A DNA stretch of 64,000 nt from Patescibacteria group bacterium (GTDB taxonomy: Bacteria; Patescibacteriota; Patescibacteriia; Magasanikbacterales; GWA2-37-8): positions 640,907 to 704,906 of the forward strand of contig JBAZUP010000001.1 in assembly GCA_041661385.1 (NCBI GenBank), read 5' to 3'. Shown here in pieces: positions 9,364 to 17,667 of the stretch; position 1 is the stretch's first letter, and each line of letters opens with the position of its first letter. The notes beneath the pieces were generated by a model. The model was given only the letters and a program-made list of their open reading frames with translations. It had not been told where the DNA came from and did no database searches. A program made the position numbers and the translations under genes.

Positions 9364-9484
9364 TGAGATTCGAATGGGAAAGGGAGAAAACGGGAGTTTT
9401 TTCTTGATGAGGAAAGCCCACGAAAACCCGAACGGTTTTCGTGAGAGCGAAGCGAGTTCGAATCTCCGATCGCCGCTTTGTTAG
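9364..9484 (+). ncRNA. tRNA-linked structured element, copy 1
   Basis: GAGATTCGAA...TTCGAATCTC closing helix; core TTGATGAGGAAAG-CACGAAAACCCGAACGGTTTTCGTG; homologous to three other copies. Confidence 0.75.
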
Positions 9485-9497
9485 TTAAAAATGTAAT

Positions 9498-9584
9498 GGA
9501 GAGGTGGCCGAGCGGTTGAAGGCGTTGGTCTCGAACACCAATAAAGTCGAAAGACTTTCGTGAGTTCGAATCTCACCCTCTCCG
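9498..9584 (+). tRNA. tRNA-Ser(CGA)
   Basis: Cloverleaf, anticodon loop CTCGAAC, long variable arm. Confidence 0.96.
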
Positions 9585-9634
9585 CTAAATTAAATACCAT
9601 CCAATAGGGGTGGTATTTAATTTATTGTGAATGA

Positions 9635-9767
9635 TGAGATTCGAACTAAAGATGGAAAGAAACGAAGTTTCTTTCGTGCTGAGGAAAGTTCACGAAAACC
9701 CGAACGGTTTTCGTGAAGCGAATGAAATGAACGTGTTCGAATAGCGAAGTGCTCACCCTCTCCACCA
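9635..9767 (+). ncRNA. tRNA-linked structured element, copy 2
   Basis: TGAGATTCGAAC ... GTGCTGAGGAAAG-CACGAAAACCCGAACGGTTTTCGTG ... GTTCGAAT..CTCACCCTCTCCACCA. Confidence 0.75.
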
Positions 9768-9801
9768 AAACAACGACTCTCTTGTGTGGGTCGTTGTTTT
9801 T
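9767..9801 (+). terminator. intrinsic terminator
   Basis: AAAACAACGAC...GTCGTTGTTTTT. Confidence 0.75.
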
Positions 9802-9846
9802 GTTTTATAATAACTATATAAATTAAATAAAAATTTTTAGAAATAT

Positions 9847-9954
9847 ATGCGCGTAATATTTATTGTCGGCTTTATAGTGTTGATCATTGCAGTAACCGGT
9901 TTTTATGAATACTTTTCCCCCGACAAACCAAAGTCAAAAGACATTCCTAAATAA
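9847..9954 (+). CDS. small single-TM protein (35 aa)
   Basis: MRVIFIVGFIVLIIAVTGFYEYFSPDKPKSKDIPK*; below ORF-track cutoff. Confidence 0.45.
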   Translation: MRVIFIVGFIVLIIAVTGFYEYFSPDKPKSKDIPK

Positions 9955-10003
9955 TATTTAGAAATAAAAAAACACCTCATATGTTTATAAGGTGTTTTTT
10001 TTA

Positions 10004-10636
10004 TTAAACGATATGAAAAAATTTTTCTTTTGGCAGTCGAACTTTTGCGAGTTTTAGATAATCATCACTTTCATCTCTAAAACCCACTGCCGCAATTACT
10101 ACCGTTTTCAAACCCTTCTCCTCGAGCCCTAAGATCTTATCAAACTCCGCCGGATTGAATCCCTCCATCGGCGAAGCGTCTATTCTTCCTTCTGCCGCCG
10201 CTGTCAAAAGCACACCCAGCGCAAGATAAGCTTGCCTGGCCGCCCACTCCTGTCGCTGTTCGTTAGTTCGTGAAGAGATTGTGTTTTTTATCATTGATTC
10301 AAAATCTTTTAAAGCCGCGACTGGCACGCCACGGGTCTTAGAAATCTCCTCCATATATTCATCAACATGTTTTTCGCCCAGATCTTTTTCAATTGCAAAT
10401 ACTAACAGGTGAGAAGCGTCTGTAATCTGAGGCTGTCCAAAAGCGGCGATTTTCAATTTTTCACGTATTTCCGGTTTAGTAATTACTAAAACCTTAAACG
10501 ATTGCAAGCCAAAAGATGACGGTGAAAGGCGAATTGCTTCCATAAGACCTTCAAGCTGTTCCGATGACAATTTTTTCTCTGTATTATATTTTTTTGTAGC
10601 ATAACGCCACAATAACGAGTTAATCGCTGTTTTCAT
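10004..10636 (-). CDS. NAD(P)H-dependent nitroreductase (NfsB-like)
   Basis: WRYATKKY, LSPSSFGLQ, DASPMEGF, KVRLP motifs. Confidence 0.93.
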   Translation of the reverse strand: MKTAINSLLWRYATKKYNTEKKLSSEQLEGLMEAIRLSPSSFGLQSFKVLVITKPEIREKLKIAAFGQPQITDASHLLVFAIEKDLGEKHVDEYMEEISKTRGVPVAALKDFESMIKNTISSRTNEQRQEWAARQAYLALGVLLTAAAEGRIDASPMEGFNPAEFDKILGLEEKGLKTVVIAAVGFRDESDDYLKLAKVRLPKEKFFHIV

Positions 10637-10761
10637 ATATTTTACTACATTATGTCACGTCAAATCCTTAAAGACGCGGCAATTAATTTAATTAATGGAG
10701 GATTTTACATTGTATCCCCTATAGTCTATACTGTCAAAATAAGGGGGTTGGTCAATTATTT

Positions 10762-11181
10762 ATGTTCAAAAAAAGTGGATTAATTTTAGTCGGAATTTTG
10801 ATAATTGTAGCAATGATTTTTTGGGTTAAATTTTTTAGCGCCGAAGATTCTTCTCCCACCGCTCCACTCGATCAAAAACCGCTAGTTTTGCCGCCCCTAA
10901 ACGCCCCCAAACAACTTTCCATCTCCGGTCTTTATGTTTGTTTACCGAGTAAAAATACTAGTCCTCAAACCATGGAGTGCGCTCTCGGACTTATGGCAGA
11001 TGATAATAATTATTATGCGCTCGATACTCAAAAATTAAGTTCATTTATAATTTACCCTACTGGTACTCGCCTTCATATTTCTGGCTTGTTCACACCAATT
11101 GAAATGATCAGCGCCGATACCTGGCGAAAATATAATATTAAAGGAATAATTAGCGTCGAAAAAGTAAATGAAATTGAATAA
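10762..11181 (+). CDS. membrane-anchored hypothetical protein
   Basis: N-terminal TM; G.YVCLP...T.ECALGL motif. Confidence 0.75.
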   Translation: MFKKSGLILVGILIIVAMIFWVKFFSAEDSSPTAPLDQKPLVLPPLNAPKQLSISGLYVCLPSKNTSPQTMECALGLMADDNNYYALDTQKLSSFIIYPTGTRLHISGLFTPIEMISADTWRKYNIKGIISVEKVNEIE

Positions 11182-11206
11182 AATAAATTAAAAGATATTT
11201 ATTAAT

Positions 11207-12271
11207 ATGACAAAAAAAATAAATGTCGCGATTTTATTTGGCGGCAAGTCAGCCGAACATGAAGTGTCGCTTCGTTCGGCAAAAAATGTTATCGAGGCGC
11301 TCGATAAAAGTAAATTTAATCCGATTCTGATTGGTATTGATATAACCGGACACTGGCTTTTAAATGAAAATTCTCGTGAGCTTCTCGAGCACAACATCCC
11401 CCAGGAAATAGCTTTGTTGCCGGAACACCAGGGAGAAATGATAAATTTTTCAGATCTTAATAAAAAACAAAAAATTGATGTTGTTTTTCCAATTTTGCAC
11501 GGACCGTTTGGCGAAGACGGTACCGTCCAGGGGCTCTTAAAATTGGCGGATGTGCCGTTTGTTGGCGCTGGAGTGCTTGGTTCCGCGATCGGCATGGATA
11601 AGGATGTTATGAAAAGATTACTTCGTGATGCCGGACTCCCGGTTGGCAAATTTATAACTTTTAAAGATTTTGAAGTTCCAACCTATAAAAAACTTACCGA
11701 CGAACTCGGTTCGCCATTCTTTATTAAACCGGCCAATCTTGGTTCTTCAGTTGGCGTTCATAAAATAAAAAACAAAATCGGATATGAAAAAGCGCTTGCC
11801 GATGCTTTTCAATACGATCGCAAAATTATTGCCGAAGAATTTATTGAAGGCAGAGAAATTGAGTGTGCGGTTCTTGGCAACGAAGAACCGATTGCCTCAA
11901 CGCCTGGCGAGATTATCGTCAACAGCGAATTTTATTCTTATGAAGCGAAATATCTAGACGACAAGGGCGCAACTCTGCAAATTCCAGCGAAACTTTCCAA
12001 CGAACTCAGCGCGGAAATTCAATATCTTGCCGTTCAAACTTTTAAGACTCTTTGCTGTGAAGGTTTGGGTCGGGTAGATTTTTTTCTGAAAAAAAACGGG
12101 AAGGTGCTCATTAACGAAATCAACACCATCCCGGGTTTTACTTCTATTTCAATGTATCCCAAACTCTGGGAAGAAAGCGGTTTAAAATATTCTGAATTAA
12201 TTACCCGTCTTCTTGAACTAGCTATTGAACGCTACCAGAAAGAATCTAAACTTAAAACTGCCCGCTCTTAA
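11207..12271 (+). CDS. ddl: D-alanine--D-alanine ligase
   Basis: GGKSAEHEVS, LHGPFGEDG, FYSYEAKY, NEINTIPGFT. Confidence 0.96.
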   Translation: MTKKINVAILFGGKSAEHEVSLRSAKNVIEALDKSKFNPILIGIDITGHWLLNENSRELLEHNIPQEIALLPEHQGEMINFSDLNKKQKIDVVFPILHGPFGEDGTVQGLLKLADVPFVGAGVLGSAIGMDKDVMKRLLRDAGLPVGKFITFKDFEVPTYKKLTDELGSPFFIKPANLGSSVGVHKIKNKIGYEKALADAFQYDRKIIAEEFIEGREIECAVLGNEEPIASTPGEIIVNSEFYSYEAKYLDDKGATLQIPAKLSNELSAEIQYLAVQTFKTLCCEGLGRVDFFLKKNGKVLINEINTIPGFTSISMYPKLWEESGLKYSELITRLLELAIERYQKESKLKTARS

Positions 12272-13224
12272 ATTTTTGCCACAAACAAATCAAGAAGCAA
12301 TGCCTGGCCTCCTCGGCCAGTCTTTGTTTTTATATCGGTTTCCAAAAGTTGTTCGTATATTGATTCTAAACGCGCCAATGAATATTGGCGTACAATCGCC
12401 AGATTTTTTTTTGCGACAAACGGGTGAACTCCCAACTTTTTTGCAATTTGGTCGCTAGTTAACCCACCCTCTCTTTCAAGCAAGTCGCTCATCTCAATAA
12501 GAATTCTAAATTGCCACAAAATTGTTCCGAATAATTTTCCATCCTCTTCGCCCAGCTCGCGTTGTTCTTCGAGGAGAGTCAGGGCTTTTTTATGGTTTCC
12601 GGAAACCACGGCATCAGTAAAATTAAAAATATTATCATCCAGTTTTGTTTCAGTAAATTTATTAACATCCTCAACCGTGATTGTTCGGCCAGATGAAAAT
12701 GCGAGCAATTGATTTATTATAGCCGCCAGCGTCCAGCTGTCGGCACCTGATTCTGCCATTCGGAAAGCGGCTGGTTTTTCAATTGTCCCGCCCTTTTCTT
12801 TTATTTTTTCTTCAATCCAAACAACCAACTTTGCGCCGCTTAAAAGTTCATGATTTTTACTATATTTTTCTTTAGCCAAAAGTTCATGAAGCTCTTTTGC
12901 TTCTTTTACTTTACTAAGGTTTTCACCTTGCCAAAAAATTAAAACCGTACTTTCCAATACACCCGCTTTAACTTTTTCAATAACCTCTGCCAGTAATTCT
13001 TTATCCGGAGACGTTAATAAATTTTCCACTACGACTAATTTTTTTTCACCAAGAAACGGTACGGTGTTAACTTCCGCAAAGATTTTACTGGCAGCCACTT
13101 TTTTCCCATCTAAAATAACTACATTATACCCTTGCGGATCGCGCTGTTTTTTGAATTTTAAAATCGATTCGCGCAAATATTCACGACTGCCAAAAGTATC
13201 TTGTCCGTAAATATATATAATCAT
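12268..13224 (-). CDS. holA: DNA polymerase III delta subunit
   Basis: MIIYIYGQD, PFLGEKKLVVV, HPFVAKK, DIKTKTG; start shifted to the ATG just after the polA stop. Confidence 0.88.
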   Translation of the reverse strand: MIIYIYGQDTFGSREYLRESILKFKKQRDPQGYNVVILDGKKVAASKIFAEVNTVPFLGEKKLVVVENLLTSPDKELLAEVIEKVKAGVLESTVLIFWQGENLSKVKEAKELHELLAKEKYSKNHELLSGAKLVVWIEEKIKEKGGTIEKPAAFRMAESGADSWTLAAIINQLLAFSSGRTITVEDVNKFTETKLDDNIFNFTDAVVSGNHKKALTLLEEQRELGEEDGKLFGTILWQFRILIEMSDLLEREGGLTSDQIAKKLGVHPFVAKKNLAIVRQYSLARLESIYEQLLETDIKTKTGRGGQALLLDLFVAKI

Positions 13225-13225
13225 A

Positions 13226-15904
13226 TTATTTTGTTTCCCCCCAACTTTGTCCGGCTCCCACTTCAACTTTAACCGGCACTCGAAGTTTTACGACATTTTC
13301 CATTATTTCTTTTAATTTATTACTGATTTCTGCAACTAGTTTTTCTTTTACTTCCAAAACCAATTCATCATGCACTTGCATAATTAACTTGGCATCTTCG
13401 TTTTTAAAATTTTCTTTCAAATATTTATAAACCTCAATCATCGCCATCTTCATAAGGTCGGCTGCAGTGCCCTGCACCGGATGATTTACTGCCATGCGTT
13501 CGGCAGCACTGCGCGCCTGATAATTTGAAGAATTAAGCTCGGGTAAATATCGACGGCGTCCAAATAACGTTTCGCAGTAGCCTTCTTTTTTGGTAAAAAT
13601 TAAAGTCGAATCAATATACTTTTTTACGCCGCTGAATTTTTCAAAATACTTTTGAATAAATTGTTTTGCTTCCCAATGAGTAATATCGGCGCGCCAACTG
13701 AGACCATAAACTCCCATGCCATAAAGCACGCCGAAATTTATTTCTTTAGCAGCGTAACGCATTTCTTTGGTGACTTTATCAAGTGGCACTTCGTGAATCG
13801 CGGCGGCGGTCGCTTGGTGAATATCTTCGCCCTTTTCAAAAATTTCAATCATTTTTTTATCTTCGGCAAGTGAAGCTACTACCCTTAGTTCAATTTGTGA
13901 ATAGTCGGCGCTAATTAATTTATAGCCTTTTTCAGCGACAAATGCGTTGCGGACTTCCTGCCCAAGCTTGGTGCGAACCGGAATATTTTGTAGGTTTGGA
14001 TCAGAACTTGAAAGGCGGCCGGTCGCAGTGATTGCCTGATTAAACGAAGAATGAATGCGTTTTGTTGTAGAGTTAATAAGTACGGGCAAGGTATCAATAT
14101 AAGTATTTTGAAGTTTGGTTAGTTCACGATAAATACTTATTTCATCAACAATCGGATGCAGACCTTTTAATTTATCTAGTTCTTCGGCAGAAGTAGATAA
14201 ACCCGTTTTGCCTTTTTTTATGCCCTCAGTTGAAATATCCAATTTTTCAAACAGCACCTCACGAAGCTGAAGCGGCGAAGAAATATTAAACTCCATTCCG
14301 GCGTGCGAATATATTTTATCAGTAATAATTTTTATTTCTTTTGCGACTCGCGTCGATAAGTCTTTTAAAATTTTAGTATCAACCGCAACACCATTTGCTT
14401 CCATATCGGCGAGAACCGGCACAAGCGGCATTTCAAGTTTTTCAAGCAATCCTAAATTATCTATTTTTTCCAAATCATTTTTTAATTGACCCGAAATTTG
14501 TGAAACTAAATATAACTCATATGTCGCCTGGCGCTTATCAATTCCAAACAAACTTTCTTGTCCGCTGCCTGCCGCCAGTTCTTTACCAAGAATTTTAAAG
14601 ACCAGTCCGGCAATATCATGAGCCCGACTTCCCGGATTAAGAATATATGACGCGATCATTACATCAAATAGCTTATTTTTTATAAAAATGTTTTCGTGAA
14701 TTTCCAAATATTTTACCAGCGGTTTTAAGTCGTGTCCTATTAATTCAAGATCTTTTTCCAAAAAAATTGTCTTGAACTTATCGAACATTTCGGCAGGAAT
14801 AAAATATGATTCACCTCCAACAGCAAGCGCGACGCCATTTAATTTGTTTTTAAATATATCTGTTCCTTCAATTACCAACCGCGCCGCATATTTTTTGGTC
14901 TTTTTTATTTTTTCCACCAGTTCGTCAACCGCTGCTTTTTTGCTTATTTCTGTATATTTATAATCAATTTTTACTGCCGTTTTTTTACCGTTCTTTTTTT
15001 CTCCTCCTCCGGCCTCCGGCGCATCCTTAAACTCAGGAATACGTTTTAACAAAGAAATAAATTCATATTTTTGAAACATTTCAACAAGCTTCTCCCGCTC
15101 AAATGGCTTGACGCGACAATCTTCCAAATTAAAATTTAAATTAGGCACTTTGGTATCTAGCGTAGCGAGCTCATAACTAAGCCTGGCAATTTTTTCATTT
15201 TCCTGCAGTTTTTTTATAAGTGAATCTGTGAAGCCGGCTTTTTTTAAATTTTTAATATTTTTATATATTTGATCTAGTGAACCAATTTTTTTTATTAACT
15301 CTGTTGCGCCTTTTTCTCCGATACCGGGCACGCCAGGAATATTATCCGACGCATCACCGCGAATTGATTTATAATCAATCACTCGATCCGGTCCGAAACC
15401 GTACCGCTCATTTACTCCTTTCGGATCATAAACAACCACATCATTTATTCCTTTTCTTAAAGTATAAACCTTTACTTTTTCTGAAACTAGTTGCAGCGTG
15501 TCCATATCGCCGGTAACAATAAAAACTTCCAACGGTTCTTGCTCGGTCATTTTTACAATTGTTCCAATCACATCGTCTGCCTCATAGCCGGACTTAGAAA
15601 AAATTTGAAAATTAAACGCGCCTAGCACTTCCCTAGTAAGAGGTATTTGATCGTACAGTGCTTGTTCGGCTTTCACCCGAGTCGCTTTATATTTATCAAA
15701 TTTAACATGCCTAAATGTCGGACCGGCTTCATCAAAAGTAACCGCAACATATTCGGGTTTAATTTCATTCAAAACTTTCAAAAGCATCGAAACAAAACCA
15801 TACACTGCATTTACCACGACGCCGCTTCTTGTTGTAAGCGGTGGAATCGCGTGATATGCCCGGTGCACAATAGCATTCCCGTCAATTATCATTAACTTTT
15901 TCAT
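13226..15904 (-). CDS. polA: DNA polymerase I
   Basis: IIDGNAIVHRAYHA 5'-3' exonuclease; ADYSQIELR, AKEINFG, QVHDEL motifs. Confidence 0.98.
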   Translation of the reverse strand: MKKLMIIDGNAIVHRAYHAIPPLTTRSGVVVNAVYGFVSMLLKVLNEIKPEYVAVTFDEAGPTFRHVKFDKYKATRVKAEQALYDQIPLTREVLGAFNFQIFSKSGYEADDVIGTIVKMTEQEPLEVFIVTGDMDTLQLVSEKVKVYTLRKGINDVVVYDPKGVNERYGFGPDRVIDYKSIRGDASDNIPGVPGIGEKGATELIKKIGSLDQIYKNIKNLKKAGFTDSLIKKLQENEKIARLSYELATLDTKVPNLNFNLEDCRVKPFEREKLVEMFQKYEFISLLKRIPEFKDAPEAGGGEKKNGKKTAVKIDYKYTEISKKAAVDELVEKIKKTKKYAARLVIEGTDIFKNKLNGVALAVGGESYFIPAEMFDKFKTIFLEKDLELIGHDLKPLVKYLEIHENIFIKNKLFDVMIASYILNPGSRAHDIAGLVFKILGKELAAGSGQESLFGIDKRQATYELYLVSQISGQLKNDLEKIDNLGLLEKLEMPLVPVLADMEANGVAVDTKILKDLSTRVAKEIKIITDKIYSHAGMEFNISSPLQLREVLFEKLDISTEGIKKGKTGLSTSAEELDKLKGLHPIVDEISIYRELTKLQNTYIDTLPVLINSTTKRIHSSFNQAITATGRLSSSDPNLQNIPVRTKLGQEVRNAFVAEKGYKLISADYSQIELRVVASLAEDKKMIEIFEKGEDIHQATAAAIHEVPLDKVTKEMRYAAKEINFGVLYGMGVYGLSWRADITHWEAKQFIQKYFEKFSGVKKYIDSTLIFTKKEGYCETLFGRRRYLPELNSSNYQARSAAERMAVNHPVQGTAADLMKMAMIEVYKYLKENFKNEDAKLIMQVHDELVLEVKEKLVAEISNKLKEIMENVVKLRVPVKVEVGAGQSWGETK

Positions 15905-16028
15905 AATCGAATTGAACGAGGAAATCAAATTTATTTGAATTTCCGAGTGATTGAGTTTATATCGAAGATATAAGATATTTTCCCTTATTATACACTAAAT
16001 TAACACAAAATCAACCTATATAAATGAT

Positions 16029-16057
16029 AAGGGCGGCCCAGTTTATGGGCTCGCCCT
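16029..16057 (-). terminator. terminator hairpin
   Basis: AGGGCGAGCCCA-TAAAC-TGGGCCGCCCT followed by T-rich tail on the minus strand. Confidence 0.6.
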
Positions 16058-16110
16058 GTGTGAGGTTTTGCCTGCCCTCAGCAGGCCGCACGGATGCGGA
16101 AATTGGGTAT

Positions 16111-16464
16111 CTACCCGACCACCCCGACAGCTTCGGGGTAAAGAGTCTCGGGGTCGGGCCAGAGGGCCTCATTCACGTCGGCAAGCAAATCACCGAACGA
16201 AATTTCCCTCTCGGGATAGATGCGGTCCGGCTCGAGCCGCACGTAGCCAAGCCGATTGGCCAAAATGACCACATAACGGTGCTTGCCGCTCTTGTTGTAG
16301 ACCGCGAAGGTGAGTCCATCCTTGGTCCCGAAGGTCCCGCCAACCCCGAACTTCCCGGGGATCTTGGCCTTCACTGCCGCAGCGAGTCCGTCCGTTCCGA
16401 AGAACGAAAGCCAGCAAAAGTTTTCGCCAGCCTCAGCAACAGCCACTCTGATGTTAGTCTTCAC
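16111..16464 (-). CDS. hypothetical protein (GC-rich orphan)
   Basis: GTG start with AAGGAG SD; followed by hairpins/terminator. Confidence 0.65.
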   Translation of the reverse strand: MKTNIRVAVAEAGENFCWLSFFGTDGLAAAVKAKIPGKFGVGGTFGTKDGLTFAVYNKSGKHRYVVILANRLGYVRLEPDRIYPEREISFGDLLADVNEALWPDPETLYPEAVGVVG

Positions 16465-16586
16465 GTTTTGACTCCTTGTTACTGGGTTTACCCGCCTAGA
16501 AAAGAACGATTTTTAATATTCCAGACCTTTTTATGTGTCTGGAGTGTGGTTTGTTTTGCAAAACACACCTCAAAACATAAAAATGC

Positions 16587-16727
16587 ATAAAAAATCACCC
16601 TTTTTTGAAGGGTGATTATAGTTTTATCGATAAGCGCTACTTCTTAGGCATTTTCAAAAACATAATCACCCCTCTTATAAAAGAAGGCCCAGAAGCTAAA
16701 ATACTGTTGTGATTGATTATGTTTCAT
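16587..16727 (-). promoter_or_regulatory. leader-peptide transcription attenuator
   Basis: 27-aa leader ORF 16727-16644; terminator AATCACCCTT/AAGGGTGATT-T4; competing GGGTGATTAT segment inside the leader ORF. Confidence 0.7.
16644..16727 (-). CDS. aromatic-rich leader peptide MKHNQSQQYFSFWAFFYKRGDYVFENA
   Basis: Direct translation; lies between promoter and terminator. Confidence 0.65.
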   Translation of the reverse strand: MKHNQSQQYFSFWAFFYKRGDYVFENA

Positions 16728-16738
16728 AGATTGAATTA

Positions 16739-16777
16739 AATTTACCCTAAACTTTAGGGGGCGTCAAGTGTGGATAA
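16739..16777 (-). promoter_or_regulatory. sigma70 promoter with adjacent DnaA box
   Basis: TTATCCACA-C-TTGACG-17 nt-TAAATT on the minus strand. Confidence 0.6.
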
Positions 16778-16864
16778 AATGCCGATAAACTTCAAACTAA
16801 TTTGGAGCTTAATAGGTTGGCAGAGATTAAGCCCTCTGCCATGGCTCCGTCGAAACGGAATGAG

Positions 16865-17185
16865 CTACTTCATAGGGCTCTTGCTGAAGAACCCCTCGCA
16901 GGTTAGGCTGAACAAATAGGCAGCCTCGCTGACCTTGAGATTCGTTCCAGCCTTGAACGAAAGAAGGTTGCCGCCGGAAAACCGGCCCCTCATTCGCGCC
17001 TCGCGCAATTTCTCGATCGTCCCCTCGTCATCGGGCTTCAGTGCACCCGACGCGCACAGCTGCCCCAGCTTGTTGAGCGCTGTCGCTTCATCAGGATCGA
17101 GCACCTGATGAAACACCCCGTAGAAAGATTCGTTCCTGAGCATCGAATCGATCATGAACTTCTGAATCACCGCCGCGTCAATCAT
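16865..17185 (-). CDS. hypothetical protein (GC-rich orphan)
   Basis: ORF with AAGGAG SD. Confidence 0.65.
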   Translation of the reverse strand: MIDAAVIQKFMIDSMLRNESFYGVFHQVLDPDEATALNKLGQLCASGALKPDDEGTIEKLREARMRGRFSGGNLLSFKAGTNLKVSEAAYLFSLTCEGFFSKSPMK

Positions 17186-17224
17186 CGAACTTCTCCTTGT
17201 GAGAGTAAATACAGTTGCTGTGAA

Positions 17225-17590
17225 CTACTTCTTGCTCGCTCGGGAGCTGATCCGCTCGAGGCCGGGCCACACGTTCTTCATGAAGAGTTCCGGCTTGAAG
17301 AACTTGACCGGACGCAGCACGATGGTACGCGCCGCCTCCCTCTCGACCTCCGAGGAGTTTCTGGGGCTATACCAATAACCCCGCTGGATCGCCTTGTGAA
17401 CCATGTCGAGGTCCTCGTCGCTCACGATGATCCGTGACCGATTGGACATGTCGACGAATTCGTCGAGAGACTTCACGACGTTCTCGTCAATCTTCGGCTT
17501 GAAGATGATGAGAAGCCGCTTGGTCACCCGAAGGGAATTCTGCAGCTCAGTGAGAGCCATGTCTTCTGTCTGGAACTGTCCATTTCCCAT
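17225..17590 (-). CDS. hypothetical protein (GC-rich orphan)
   Basis: ORF with AAGGGG SD, downstream of a near-consensus promoter. Confidence 0.65.
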   Translation of the reverse strand: MGNGQFQTEDMALTELQNSLRVTKRLLIIFKPKIDENVVKSLDEFVDMSNRSRIIVSDEDLDMVHKAIQRGYWYSPRNSSEVEREAARTIVLRPVKFFKPELFMKNVWPGLERISSRASKK

Positions 17591-17638
17591 TTATTTTACC
17601 CCTTTTTGATGTCTGCCGAGATATTCAGCGGACTAAGA

Positions 17639-17667
17639 ATTCTATCAAAAAAATGGGTTTTTGTCAA
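17639..17667 (-). promoter_or_regulatory. sigma70 promoter
   Basis: TTGACA-17 nt-TAGAAT with TGn. Confidence 0.7.

Noticed and set aside
9364-9767. tRNA-linked elements as hammerhead ribozymes or RNase P RNA fragments
   Set aside because: TTGATGAG/GAGGAAAG look similar, but the CUGANGA...GAAA core is not conserved across copies (TGCTGAGG, TGCCGAGG), and the rest of RNase P RNA is absent.
11207-12271. VanA/B-type D-Ala-D-Lac ligase
   Set aside because: The omega loop FYSYEAKY has the Tyr typical of D-Ala-D-Ala ligases, and there is no van cluster.
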